Shown here piece by piece: positions 37,292 to 63,822 of a stretch of DNA of 64,000 nt; the stretch's first letter is position 1, and each line of letters starts with the position of its first letter. The stretch comes from Chrysomallon squamiferum. Its lineage: Eukaryota > Animalia > Mollusca. The notes beneath the pieces are model-generated. The model did not search any database, was not told where the DNA came from, and saw only the letters and a program-made list of their open reading frames with translations. The translations under genes and the position numbers were made by a program. Where the stretch lies: NCBI GenBank assembly GCA_012295275.1, contig CM022679.1:3100001-3164000 (forward strand). The letters run 5' to 3'.

Positions 37292-37349
<58 letters not shown>

Positions 37350-37360
37350 TGAAAATCTAA

Positions 37361-37397
<37 letters not shown>

Positions 37398-37833
37398 GAA
37401 AATCTAAATTAATAATAATAATAAAAAAGCAGACAATAAAAAGAAAATAAGAAAAAAGAAGACAGTAAAAGATTTATGAAGAAGATGTTTGTATGCAGGA
37501 AAATGGGATCTTCCATCTCTTGACTCTTCTTTCTTCTTCTTGGTCTTCTTTCTTCCATGTAGGGCGTATTTGTGTTGTATGCATGATGCAGAAGAAAATA
37601 AATAAATAAATAAATAAATAAAAAATATAAAATAAAAACAAATATAAATAAATAAATAAAATAGAATAAAATAAAATAATAAATAAATAAAATAAATAAA
37701 TAAATAAATAAATAAATAAAATAGAACAAAATAAAATAATAAATAAATAAATAAAATAGAACAAATTAAAATAATAAATAAATAAATAAGTAAAATAGAA
37801 CAAATTAAATTAATAAATGAATGAATGAATGAA

Positions 37834-37864
<31 letters not shown>

Positions 37865-38010
37865 AAAGATGTTTGAAGAAGATGTTTGAAGAAGATGTTT
37901 GTATGCAGGAAAATGGCAGTGGGATCTTCCATCTCTTGACTCTTCTTTCTTCTTCTTGGTCTACTTTCTTCCATGTAGGACGTATTCGTGTGGTATGTAT
38001 GATGCGGAAG
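36670..38010. repeat. Long-period complex tandem repeat: ~120 bp core x4 (first copy partial) separated by A/T microsatellite spacers
   Basis: Core TGTTTGTATGCAGGAAAATGG(CAGTG)GGATCTTCCATCTCTTGACT...TAGG.GTATT..TGTATG at ~37040, ~37490 and ~37900; partial copy at ~36680. Confidence 0.8.
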
Positions 38011-38749
38011 AAAAAAGAAAACAAAAAAGAAAACAAAAAAGAAAACAAAAAAACAAAAATTAAAAGAATTTAGAAGCGTCGGCCGAAATGATCAAAACAA
38101 AGTAATAATAATAAAAAATAAAATTTGTACGCAGATTTAGACGGTTCACGAAAATAATGTAGATCGGAATCAGAAACCATGATGAAAATACCCTGAATGC
38201 CAATTTAAAAATTTAATTTCCGATCGAGAACCTCTTCCACGTTAGAAGTCGTTTCTGAAAGTCACAATTGGTTACCGCTGACGACGTTATTTATAACCCA
38301 AGTAAAGCGGACGTGACGGAGAACACCAAATAAATATGTGACGTCAATCCATTAAAATGGCACTAGTCTGTGTTTCTTTTTATAGAAATTAAGTTGATTT
38401 AAAATCTGTTATAAAATTTTAACATGAAATACTGATTAAAATATGTTGCAGTCAGCTTCTGGTTTCAGTTTGTCATTTTAATACATAAATAAAGCGGTTG
38501 TGTAATTTACAGTTCTAAAAATTTGAAGTATCGAAAACAGTTTTCACATTGAAAATTACATTTAATTACCTGTTTGATGTAATTTTTGGTAGAATATTTT
38601 TATATTTGCTGTTTAATATTAAAACAAAATAGCAGGTGCAAAATGTGTAAGAAATAAGATACTTCTAGACTTCGTAATTACAAAATTATATCATAATTTT
38701 AACAATTGGCTTGAACAGGTCGTTCGCTTCGTGACGTTTCCGCCGCTTC

Positions 38750-38852
38750 TTTCGGCAGTTTTATTCGGATAGTTTCGGCCATTTTATTCGGATAGTTTCG
38801 GCCATTTTATTCGGATAGTTTCGGCCGTTTTATTCGGATAGTTTCGGCCGTT
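38750..38852. repeat. 23-bp minisatellite x4 (TTTTATTCGGATAGTTTCGGCCR)
   Basis: Directly visible tandem copies. Confidence 0.88.
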
Positions 38853-38957
38853 CGACTCGTGGAAAATGTTATCAAGATTACTTATTCCAATATCATAAAT
38901 AAATTTCTGTATTATTATTAGTTATATTACTTATACACTGAATTTTTTTACATGTTA

Positions 38958-39005
<48 letters not shown>

Positions 39006-42000
39006 GTTATTTTGTGAAAATATTCCTATACCATTCATATTTAGAGAATCACAATTTTTTTAAATTTATTATTATTGTTATTACAATTACTGTTATTCTT
39101 GTTGCTGCTATTTTTAATAAATTAATAATAAAAAAAAAATAAAAAATAACAATAATAAAAAAAAAAAATATTAGAATAATTATTATTTTTAGAATTCATC
39201 TGCTTTTCAATTCTGTTTGCATGCATATGTATGTGTGTGTATGTATGTATGTATGTACGTCTGTACGTATATATGTACTGTTTTTCATGCCGCGGTTTTT
39301 AATGTATTTTAAGCTATTTTGTATTTTTTAATGTTGTGTTAACGTTGGGGCATTTTGTGGGTTATTCATATGAAAACACACAGACACACACACACTCACA
39401 GAGAGAGAAACGCAGAAAACTCGACCCCCCCACATACATACACACACACACATATATAACCAAAAGCAGACGATAAATGCTGACGCCTGTTCAAACTGAC
39501 AAAAGACTGTTGATCAATTACTTGCGTATCATTTTCAATTTCTGTTCAACTTGCCGCCTAAGGCGTGGAATGAAACATAATGAAGGTAGTTTATGAAAGC
39601 CTGCTTCACAAATTAACGCCTTGTTACTTAAAGAAATGGGAGATGGTCGAGAAAATCATCTTAAACTAAATGCTCAAGTAAGTCTAGGATGAAGAGCTTT
39701 TTTTTTCAACAAAATATTAGAACTGTTGAGGTGCGGATCTAGCTGGTGATATGGAATGATGGGTTAGGATTTCTGTCTTTTTTTAAATCATAAAATTTTA
39801 TAAAAATTTATATTGAAGTTGCTCAGCTAAAAAGAAATAAAAAAAAAATAAATAAATCTTTTGTTTTAATGTACATATGCTATAGTTTGTTACAGGGTTC
39901 AGTTTCGTATTAAAATACGATTTCAGTTAGTTTGTTTCCCTGTTAACATTAACCATCATTTTATTTAATATGTAAATTATAACATTGCACATATTAATAT
40001 AAAAGCACGTATTTTATCAACAACAGTTAGAAGGCACATACGTATATCTACTGTTAGGTAAATCTGCAGCAGGCGAGGTGGCTGTCTCCTTCCACTCTCT
40101 GTCAAGTTTCGCGGTTCTTCTCCTCACGTCGTCTGCGGAAACGTGTAATTTTCATCTCCGCAGCCGATGGGTGTTCGCTAACGACGTCGTTCTGCTCGCT
40201 TGTAATTAACGAAACTCAAGTACCGCGCTGACGTCTTCGTGACTGAAATGACATTATAATACTACAGAAATCTGCTAATATTAGCCATTTGTGTCAAGAG
40301 TAAATGATTCAGGATCATTTAAATCGCACATTTTCTGTCGTTAAAGGAAGAAAAAAAAAAAAAAAATGAAAAAAATAAAAATAAAAATTTCACTGACCTA
40401 AGATATAGTTGAAAATAAAATATGTAACTACGTCGTTGGGTAAAAATTTCAAGGCAAATTAAGATCACAGAAACAACAGCAACAACAACAACAACAACAA
40501 CAAAATATTGATAAACTATATCCGAGATGATGCAGACTATATATATTTTAAATTACTATTAGTTGTCTGTTTATCAGTTATGGCTTACGCTTACTGGCTT
40601 CTAGTTAGACCTGCCTAGGTACTGTTCCTTTAACTACTTTTTTTTCTTCCATCCTGCAAAGATAACTAGACTCGTAGATAGATTATGTCCCCATGGCAGA
40701 CGTGCTTCACATCAGCTCGGTCTAATTAGCACGTTAAGACCACCCCAGCCGTCTCTTTCTTTACTGATACATTCAAGACACATTCACAGCGCAAATTTCA
40801 GTTCATTAAGACGTTAATTTTCACTGACAAATTAAATTATACCTCCGCGATTAAACCAAAGAAGTGAGTGGCACTTCTCCTGATTATATTTTGTTCAATG
40901 TTCTTTGCGAGCTAACCTGGCTTTTTTGCTTCACTTGATCTTTGCAGGCCAAAAAATCTGACATATTGTGTTGTGCATGCATTCAAGGTTGTCCACTATA
41001 TCAAGAGGCGGCCTGACTTGTGAGAGTGGTGCGGGAGGAAATTACGTGAAAGAAAAACGTTATTTCCTTAAACATAAGAGCGCTGTTTCCGGAACAATGT
41101 TTTATAAAATAATATCGAAATGTTTAATATATGTATCTTGTATTCAGTCGCGTTTTTCTACCGTATATATAAATAAAGGATTATGTAGTGCCAATTCAAC
41201 ACAATTTTAATACTAACATGTGTTGAATGGTGATTTTTTAATAATAATTTTCTGAGAGGTGATGTACGTTCTGTCACCATTCGATTGGTTAACTGCGAAT
41301 TTCTTTTTTATTTAAAATTTATATTTTGTTATGCATCAGTGTATGACTGAACATGTTTTATATAGGTTTGTAAATATTTATTTATTTATTTACTGTTATG
41401 TTTTGAAATCAGCTCTTGATAACTATCAAATACAAATCAAACTGACATGATGCTAAACAAATATTGATTCTTTCACGCTTACCGTGGATAATATTAAAAA
41501 TTAATATTTACATTTATATACAATCATTTGTTGTTTTCTCAGAAATTAGCTTCCGGCATTTTCTGCATTATTTATCCGTACTTTTATTCGATATTTTGTT
41601 TTATATTTGAAATGGTTGAATAATAAAACATAATACGGTTGAACAATCATTTACCCCATGGTGTACTGATCATTTATAACAATACTTAATGATCAGTCAA
41701 AAAAACAGCTGAATAATCAATCACCCATATATACAAACAAACTCGTATTTCAAGTTCTCAGACATGAAAGTGAATTAACAATGATATTTAAATATTTTCA
41801 TCATTATGTAACGGATCAAATATCTAGGGAGATGAACAACAAAAACGTCCCAGTAGAAATAATCAGTCTGTCAACAGAATGAAATGAACTCATGTTTACT
41901 AATGGTTCTAGCATGGCTGTTAATGAACACAAAATTAAAAATCCTGATTTGTCTACTAAGACATGTTGCCATGTTAAACAGAAAGAAGAGATGGGGTATT

Positions 42001-42014
42001 GTACCCTAAAGTAC

Positions 42015-42340
42015 AAGACTGTGGTGCAGTGGCTTTCATTCTCCAGCACATTCCATTAGTCAGTTTTCTGTCTCAGCCAGTTCCAAACACCTGATCTGTA
42101 AAAGAGAGTAGTATGTTTTTTACTTGTTGGACAGTAGTTATAAAAGACCCCATTGTTGTAGGGATGCTGCATAGAAGAAGAAAAAAAACCTTTGCTGCAG
42201 AGAGAGACAAAATTAGTAACTTACGTGGCGGTAACCGGTTTCCTGTCCTACTGCTAACTATAATAATACAAAACGTAATAAAATCACACATCTAAGATGT
42301 GTTGGGTGCATCATTAAATAAAACGTGTCTTTCTTTCAAT
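42015..42340 (+). mobile_element. Degenerate tRNA-derived SINE copy (gastropod-type)
   Basis: A-box-like TGTGGTGCAGTGG head, CAGCCAG core, CCTTTGCTGC...GTGGCGGTAACCGGTTTCCT, and tail ATGTGTTGGGTGCATCATTAAATAAAAC..TTTCTTTC. Resembles a gastropod SINE family recalled from memory; related fragments at ~45480-45570 and ~48105-48150. Confidence 0.45.
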
Positions 42341-45300
42341 TCCATAAAATTGGGTTATTTTTGTCTAGTGAACAGACCCACCCCCCCAAAAAAAAACACA
42401 CCCAACAAACAAACAAACAAAAAAAAACAAACAAACAAAAACAAAAAAAAAAAAACCCACGAAATATAACACTACATTAAACAATAAAATTACAGTCAGT
42501 CAGTACAGGAAATCCTGAGAAGTTAAACTGACACTGCTGATTATTTTTAATTATTGATCGTAATAGTGGTAAGATGATACTATGGATATCAATCATCATT
42601 AATTATGCATGTTTAATTTTCTTTAATCATAATTGTGTAAGTAAAATAAACTTTGCAGAAAAAAAAAAAAAAAAAAAAAGAGTTAAAATCGGTAATCCAT
42701 GGAAGAAAACAAAAAATAAAAGTTAATAGTTACTGCAAGACTTGTACCATAATAGAAAAAAAGTATTAAAATATATTTAGATTCCTTGTTAGTACCAATA
42801 CTATGATACGTTTTGACAGGGTAGTCATATAGAAGTATATAAAACTTTTTAGGCAGTTTGTTAGCACGATAATACGAAACCAATAAAACAGTCAGTTGGA
42901 ACTGTACAAAAAGCATATAAACTATTTATACGTCACAAGAACACCTTAAGCGTAACAAAGACTTTCCTTTCTCGGTTCCATTCTTCGGATTTGCAACGTC
43001 ATCGATCTTAAATCTCGTCTATAAAACTTCGCCTCGCTTGTGATTGCACCATTTTGTCAGACGACTTAAGAGCTTTTAACTCTTTCATGTGGACGACAAT
43101 GGACTTGAAAATTAAATCAAGAAACGGGTTCAAGAAAGCAGAAATTATTTAATGTAGTTGGAGGTTTCGCTAAATTGGCCTCGCAAATAGTGCCGTGGAA
43201 TTTTCACACCCAGCCCAGGCACTGATTCGCGATATATTTCGAGAAAGGATCTGAACCCGCTCAGTTCACGGCGGAATAAAATATTTTCGCCAAAAAGATT
43301 TTCAAGTCCTCGCCTGTAGAGAGCAGTCTTCAGTTTAAACGATCTACCTGCCTCTCCTCCTCTCTTTCGGTCAGTTTGTATTTTGACCAGAAGACTGATT
43401 AATGCTTACATATTTTTGTTATATGTATCTGCATGTTTACGTTGCTAAATCTCTTGCTACCGACATTATCAGATTAAAAGATATTCTGGACCCGACCCTG
43501 CTTTTTTGATGAACAAGAATGATAAGGAAGTGAGACATTTATTCCAGGTGTTGATCAAGTTAATAAATAATAGATTATCGATCATAATAAGACTGATGTT
43601 ATCTTGGACAGTAATTTTCCAGTACAGGTTGTATTAGTGTTATGACTGAAACGTTAAGAATCATCCAAAATTACGCAACAATTCTGGTTGTGACTTTAAA
43701 AGGAACTCTCTGGCAAAGAAACAGATTGTGTCCACAATTAGCATCCTGGTATATTAATCTGAAAGAAGCATGACTCAAATTATCGACGTCCATATACATT
43801 AGTCATGTATAAAATAAAATAGTCCGTCCAAAAAAAGGAAAAAAAGGAAAAAAAAAAAAAAAGAAAAGAAAAGAATAATAATAATAAAACAACAACAACA
43901 AACAAACAAATATTATGAAAGGAAAAATATTATTATGTGGGTTTTCCACTAAAATGGTCAAAACATTTTCTTAATTTTGTTGTCTATGTAGAATAAGAAC
44001 ACGAAATAGAAGACGCGAATTGTTTTGATTCGTGGTCTACGATTGGAAACCTGCTTCCATCATCCACATCTGAACTGTCAGTGACCAGCTCTAAATGACA
44101 TCCTGTAATCTTGATTTATACTTTCTCTAAGAGTAAGATACACCTTTATATACTCATCAACCAAAAATCTTGGACTGAAACAAAATAATCCAATGAGTAA
44201 AGGTGATCGATATTGATTGATTTTATCCCCTGTAATGACAGCTCAAAAAATATTACCAAAAAACAAATAAACAAACAAACAACAAAAAAAAAAAAAAACA
44301 AGAACAAAATAAAAAAAAAAAAAAAAAAATAAAAATAAAAAAAAAAAAAATGATAATAAAAATACTGAAAATACTAAAAAATAAAAAATAAAACAGTGAA
44401 TAAAGAAAATCGTGTTTAAATAAAACACATAGATTTGTTCTCATTTAGCATGCATGTCAGACGATTGCTGATTCTGCCATTGTCTTCAGCTGAAGTTTAT
44501 TTTGTTTGACAACATCACTGTAACACACTGATTAATCTTCTAAGCTATTTGATGTCAAACTTAGCGATACCGCTACAATACGTTGATTAATTTTCTGTCA
44601 CCGGTTATTGGAAGAGAAACAGCTGATAATTTTAACATGGTCTTCGGAGATACTCCCCCGTATTTTTGTCATTGCCAAGAAATCATCTTTGAGAAGTGCA
44701 GCTACAGAAGCCACTATAACATAGACAGCCTGTCTGAAAAACGTAGAGTACACGTATGTTTCAGAGGATCTGATTGAATCTCGTTTGTAGGCAGTGTCCC
44801 GATCTGTAGAATTGTAAATACAAATCAGTAATATTCTGTAAAAAGTTTATTTTTAGAGTCCGTAACATTATTTGGCCGTAATTGTAGTTGACATAACTTT
44901 CAAAATTAAATATATATATATATATATATATATTTTATAATTAGATAAATAGATAAATAGGTAGATAAATATTAATAATAATAATAATAATAATAATGAT
45001 GATGGTAGATAATAATAATAATAAAAACAATAATCGGATAACTAGAATGATGAGAGATGGCGCTCCAACTGAAGTCTTTGATTCTGTAAGGGAGTATACA
45101 GCTTTTGTCATCTCAAATCGAAATTCATCAGTTTATAATAAAACTTTTATAAACGTTTAATACACAAGTTGCGCAACGCTGTAAGCTCTTGTTTGAACCT
45201 AAATCCATGGAGCATAAACTGCATTTGAGTCATTTAATACTGCTTAATACGAACTTGTATATAAAGTGTTTTTTATCGAATAATTATGTTTAATGTGAAC

Positions 45301-47662
45301 TTCTCTGTAAACTGTGCCAATGCCAGTTTGTGTATAAAGTGTTTTTAAATCGAACAATTATCCATAAGACGGACTGATGTATAAAATGTATTTAAGAGAA
45401 ATAATTATGCTTAATATAAACTTGTGTATATTGTTGAATCGCTGTATTATATATATTATATATGTAACATATATTTATATTTCCCATCCCAGCCAAGAAC
45501 CAGCCGTTTGGTTTATTACAGGCAATGGTAGGATCTGTGCTGTCTGCTGAAAGATCCCTTGCCGCGGTTCGAATTATCGAATAAAACCATATTTGACATA
45601 CTGAAACATATTCAGGGGATTTACATTTAGATCTAAATAACTTGTTGGATGAATCATTTTTAATAATATCTTTGACGTGGGTCAGGTCAGAGTGTTTCTT
45701 TTCTAGCATCCCTGAATACAAATCAACAGAACAGGGAATACAGCAGTTAATTAATATGCACCTAACAGGTATCACATTACTTCCGGTGCGTTGGCGTCTC
45801 TGAAAAATACATCTACTCAATTAATATTACATCCGAAATAACACAGCAGCGTTATCATTGCGTTGCAAAAGCGCGAAACGAGATCAAATCATCGAAAGCA
45901 TAAATAAAATATCATCACAATAGTTTTAATTTACTTTATCAGACATTTTCAGGGTAGAGTTATTTCCCCGTGGCTCTCATTTTCTAACCAAACATCCCAG
46001 CGGAAGCGACTTTCGTTATTACACTAATTTTTAACAAAGCTGGTGTATTCTCCGATGGTCTGGGCGTCATGAAGCAATATCAATTTGTACTGCGGCAAAT
46101 TAATGACATTAAAGTTTAACGGAAAAGCGACGCGAATCCCCGAGAGTCACCGAAATTAAGAATCGCAACTCGGTTCCGCTGCTGCTAATAGAAGCAGCGA
46201 TACTGTTTGAGGTTTACGTAGTGCTAGTTTATGTATAATTTTTGTTCGCTGGATGGAGTAGCAGTGCAGTGTCGTGTGTAAACATCAGAAACGAGCTTTT
46301 TAGAACGATGCACAAGAAAAGCAACATGAGTGTTATTTATACATAATTCTAGTGTTTCATAATTCTTAAGATAAATTTAGCTATAATACTGAGATGTACA
46401 CGGATATCAACGCTTATTTATTTTTGAGCTGTTATATTTGCGCCTTTTTTTTTTTTTTTTTTCTGCAGTTCGGACAGATTCGCAGATCTTTTCACGTATT
46501 TCTGGCCGGGCAGATTGAAATATTTATTGTGTTCACGAAAAACAAGCTAGATGAGTTGATGTGCACATATGGAATTAGTAATTGATTGTCGTCGCCTGGT
46601 AAAAGTAACTCAGGAAGATATACTAGTGTTATATAGAGCTTGCAGTATGTAGTGACATACCAGAATTTCAGTTTATTACAACCGTTTATTCAGATTATGA
46701 GACGTTTAATATGCCTGTAACAAATTCTTTTTTCATCTTCTTTTCATCATTTTCATCATCATCACCACCACCAAAACGATTATCGTCGTCATCCTGGTCT
46801 TCATCATCATCATCGTCATTATCATCATCAACTTAATCATCATCGTCGTCGTTATAGTCGTCATCATCATCATCACCATCATCATCATTTTCTTTTTCTC
46901 TGTCTCAGATTCTTTCATTAATTGTATTCAGCATTGCTCTCCTTATACTTTAATAAGTCAACATCTTATATATACTTGAATTACCAAGTTAACCTTCTAA
47001 CATATAATTTACCAAGTTATTGGTATAACAGATAAAATACTAAGTTGCCATTGTTGTTCTTAAATTACCAAAATAAGTAAATTATTAAGTCACATTCCCA
47101 ATATCTAAACTACCAATTCGTCACCTCAATAATTATATTTAATACCAAAGTCACCAGTATAAATGTTGAAATTACAAAGCAGTCGTAGCAAATTAAAAGT
47201 TAAAACCATTACAGTATATAAAGTACCAAAATGATCAAACTAATATTTGAATAATCACAATCGTAATGAACAAATTTCAAAGGCATTTTAATAATTCTTT
47301 TCATGTATGATTCAGAGGGGGTGTAGAAGCAATTAGATTAAACTCTTCTGTTGTTGACTTCAGTTTTTTGCCAGGGGGCGCTGCTGTAACAAAGCAATGG
47401 TTTTCAAGTAGCGAGTTCTCAAGACGAAGCAGAAAATGTCAGGGAAAGAGTAGAGAAACGTGATCAAACAAACTGCACCATGTTGTCGAAACAAAAATAT
47501 CTTTACGTCTGCTTCAAGTGTGGAGCTGAAGAGACGCGCTGAAAAGAAGAGGCTGATTAATTACATCTCTGAAATTATTTTTATTAAGTTAGAAAGATTT
47601 GATCCTTTTGATCAGAAAATAAAATATACAATATGAAAATATACCGTATTTTTGTTTGGTCT

Positions 47663-47711
<49 letters not shown>

Positions 47712-47733
47712 AAAAAAATAAAAAAAAAAAAAA

Positions 47734-47799
<66 letters not shown>

Positions 47800-48622
47800 C
47801 TACAATACAATAAAATAAAATACAATTTTAATCAAGGTATCTCAGAATTGCATTAAAATTTTAAACCAATGTGAACTGAATTCACCTTTGGGGCTCTTTT
47901 AGATTAATCTGAAGTTTAATCTTTATCAATTTCGAAATAGATCTGCCCCTGTTTTTCAGACATCCTCTCACTAAAATCCTGGACCCGCCCCTTGTACTAA
48001 AAATAAAACGCAACGTCAAAAAAACAGATGTGGGTTTAAAACAAAATCACTGATAAGATAAAATCAACTGCTGCAGCCTTTCTCTTAGTTCATTACCATG
48101 TTCAGCCGTGGCCCGGTGGTCAGAGCGATCGCTTGAAGGATTGTTAATTGATCAGTCTTCCTCCATGCAGTCACTGAGTTGTTTTACGTCACATCCTCGT
48201 TTTTATCAAACACAGCAGTTGATGGATGACGTTCAGACTACCGGGACATCATTACACGACCACAGCTACAGCGACGTATGTCAACAGTCACGTTCGTGGA
48301 AAGGTCACTCACAAAGTTAAACCAGGACAAGAATCTTATCTTCTTCGAGAGATTGAAACTGTCAAAATATTATTTGTAATTGTATGTGTGTGTGTGTGCG
48401 TGCGTGTGTGAGAGCAATACATTCTCACTAATACGCATATCTACAGACGCATGTATGAAAGGCTTTCGCATTTAAAACGTCTTAGAATAAAATGTCAAAC
48501 AGCTTATTCTACAATCAACACTGCAAAAGCAAAATAATTAAATGAATATTTATTAAAGGAAATTTTCGTAAGAGATATTCAGTGGGTGACAGAAAATGTA
48601 TGTGGAATAAAGAAATGACTTC

Positions 48623-48674
<52 letters not shown>

Positions 48675-49630
48675 TAAAACACCACGGTTTGAAAATAATA
48701 AAAAGTTTCTAAGAACAGAAGTGAAATAAAGATACGGTCACTGTTACTTAATTACTTAGTTGAAATGTGCAAGTTATGTGAAATTTGTGTTTTATTGCGA
48801 GTTAGTAAAACCAGAAAGATATAATTTACTATGTAAAAAGTATAACAACGTGTATAAACCAGAGTGTCCTGGTTAAAGGAAAAATGTAATGGGCGAATCT
48901 AACCTTCAGAGGTAGGAGACTGAATAGCATGATTTTGAAATAAGAAATATCCATAATTTTGTATGACACAGCAGATAATAGTAGGTAGATTTATTTCCAA
49001 AATGTCCTGTATGTTGAATAAATGATATATAGTGTTATTAACATTACCTTCCAGTGCTTCAGTATATGGTTCAAAATTTCATCTTGTTTAGGAAACCTCG
49101 TATTTGCATTGAATCATTGTCAGAAATAATTACAGGGTAATACGTGTTATTTATTTATTTTATGAAACACAGGATTTACATGGCTTATTTTATTTGTAAA
49201 ATACATGGTAGTCTAAGGTCATTATTCCAGGTCAGCTAGATGGTTTTGGAACCATTAAGATCTATTTATATCTTACCGTGCTTTTTACATTTATAACATA
49301 CATGTAGTTAATTGTATTTAGTGAAATAGCGAAAATTGTCAATTACATTTTGCGATAAAAAATTGAATCAACAATAATTAAATGACATTTAACTTTCTAA
49401 CTCAAAAATCGTATGAAAATTCTGTCAACGCATTGCAAAGTAAAAAACTACAACAACTATTGAATCTTTAATGTAAGTGCAGCATACTTCTTAAGTTAAG
49501 ATTTATAAAAAAAATTTATAAAAATTTATAACCTTTAAATTTAAACGTTAAAAAATATAGAACAATTTTTTTTCCCTTTGTTTTCACTTTAAAACAGAAA
49601 CGTCTAGTTAATGGAATACAAGAAGAAAAA

Positions 49631-49662
<32 letters not shown>

Positions 49663-50114
49663 ACAATCAAAAAAATAAAAATAAAAATAAAAATCCCGAA
49701 TTGGTTGTTTCTTGTGCATTATTTAATGATTCACGCGTCAAGTAAAGTGCAAATATGTTTCACTGTTGAGTGAGTAAAGAAAAAAAGAAAAAATGAGATA
49801 AAAATCGATGAGATCACGATTCCAGTTTGCTGTGGCAGCTCGCCTCGTTGCAGGTTCTGTATACACACACACACTCACACACAGACACTCACACACACAC
49901 AGTCACGCACAAACAAACACGGAACAATCCCGACAGAAAAAAAAAAAAAAAAAAAAAAAACTGTCACCAGGAGCAGACGAGTGAAAAGGACTGTCACAGA
50001 CAACCAATCAAAAACCAGAAACACTTCGTCCACGTGCGGTTTTTCGAATACTTTACTACGATGGTTGTCACCTTTGAGGAGCATTTTTCGCGAATATCTT
50101 GAACAGCGAAGATA

Positions 50115-61705
<11,591 letters not shown>

Positions 61706-63718
61706 GTAAGTAAGAGAAACAGTTTCTCTCGAATCATATCACATTACTGAGCTACAGAGCAGAACCCTGGATATCGTGTGATCAACCAACCAAAACCACA
61801 GTCAGTTTTATCGTATAAGAAATGACGACGTCAAAAGATGAGAATGAAACGTTTTTGAATGTTTGTTTTAAAATAATTCGATTATCGTCAAATGGTCAAA
61901 GACTTGGTCTTTTAGATGTTGCCTGCATTCGAGCGTGAATAAATGTAGCATGTAGATCTGTTAAGTTTATTGAATTGTAAATTTTATATGTGTTTTTTTT
62001 GGCTGGATATATCAGATATATTTCTGAGATACTATTATATTTTGATGATGATGATAATAATAGTAATAATAGAAATAATAATAATAATAATTTAAAAAAT
62101 CAACAAGATAAAATCACAAGAAACAAATAACAAAAAAAAAATAAAAATAAAATATAAGAATATTTATATATAAAAAAATAAATAATATAAAATAAGAAAT
62201 AAAACAATAATGATTAACAAGAACTCTCTAAACAGACTGACCTGAAATGATATTAAATTTGTTTTCTTTATTCCACATGTTTCATACGCGAAGCAGACTG
62301 TTACAGACTACAAAAAACAATTGCGACTGACAATAATTATCACTCGAAACAATTTATTAAATGTAAAATTACAAATTAAAACGATTATCAACAAATTGGT
62401 CTGGTTGCTTTGGGGAAATTGTTCACATCTGTTATTAATAACAGTTAGTCCAGGTCTCAAAACTGTGATGTTATTACGAGAATTAATTTTGAGTTTCCGA
62501 GGTAACATCGGCTGTCGTGCTGCTATTTTTGGTTAATATTCAGTTAATAGCGAGTGTGTTATGATAGAGCGTACGTTTGGGTATTTGGAAATCTTGTTAA
62601 GTCATTCATCTATGGCTGGGTCAGAGCCTGCTTCTCTCTGTGCGTTGCGTCTCTACAAATATCATTTCAAACGTTTGATTATTTGGCGATTCAAGTAGAA
62701 ACACACACACATACACGCACACGCACGCACATGCACACATTAACACATACACACTAACATACGCACTCACACTAACACTACACACACACACACACTAACA
62801 CACACACAGACACACATACAGTAAAACTATTTTTATTCCTCTGTTTCTTTTTATGGGGTTACGAGAAATTAAAGTTAATTTGAATAACAAAATTTTAAGG
62901 AATGCCACATTTTTTTTTTTTTTTTTTTAAATAAATAACTGATTAAAAAAACTAAATCTCTACAGCTAATTTAATTTAATTTAATTTAATTTAATTAATA
63001 CCATTTCGTCTACATTCAGACTGAAACTTATTTGTCCGAGGTCATCAGATTAAAATGAAATTATCGGATTAACGTGAAATTAAAGGATTAAAATCCAATC
63101 AATGAATTAATGTCTGATTAACGGAACATAACGAAATTACCGGATTAGGTTAAGATTACGAATTATACAGCTATTATCGGATTAATATTAAACAAGTAGA
63201 AAGATACCACCACTGACTCTAGTTGTTGTATCTCTCCTGTTACTGACTCTTAGGTTATTTTTAAAACCAAACCCGAGGCTAGAGAGAAAGAAGTATTTTC
63301 AGAAGTCTTAGAAACGTCATGACGAGATTCCAATAAGGCGAGTCGTGTTTGGCAAAGTCACTCAGAAGAGTCAGACACGCACAGCGATTTTCTAAGAAAG
63401 TAACTGAAAGAAAAAACGTAAATGATAAGAAGCCTTATTCTTCAGAAATTTCGTAAATTTCGTTACGTGATAAATATAATGTTTTATTTATTTCTAAGGA
63501 TGGGTAAGAGAAAAGAGAGTGTAATGCAAAGTTCGTATATTCTTTCTGAAACTGATGTGGGTAGAGTGTTTTACACGTGTTTTATTGATTTCGTATTATA
63601 TTTGTTAGTACTCATCAGTTAATATGTCGGAGTCGTAAAATTATTTCCCTGTGCAATAGCTCTCTGAGTCAGCACACTGTTGTTTTCACTGAAATTGTGC
63701 AGTGTGTATGTATATATG

Positions 63719-63749
<31 letters not shown>

Positions 63750-63822
63750 CGTAATAGCAATGAATTTCATATGCAATATTTAATAGTGATTTTTCATCCA
63801 AAGGGTAATTGTGCAAAATCGC

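Noticed and set aside
37404-38048. Repeated peptide HTTRIRPTWKK...RWKIP suggesting tandem coding exons
   Set aside because: Copies differ by frame-breaking indels and lack flanking splice sites.
45392-45820. 142-aa minus-strand ORF
   Set aside because: Non-ATG start, no recognisable motifs, and it overlaps a SINE-like fragment on the other strand.
48105-48150. tRNA-like A-box (GTGGCCCGGTGGTCAGAGCG)
   Set aside because: No B-box or cloverleaf can be completed; more likely a decayed SINE head.
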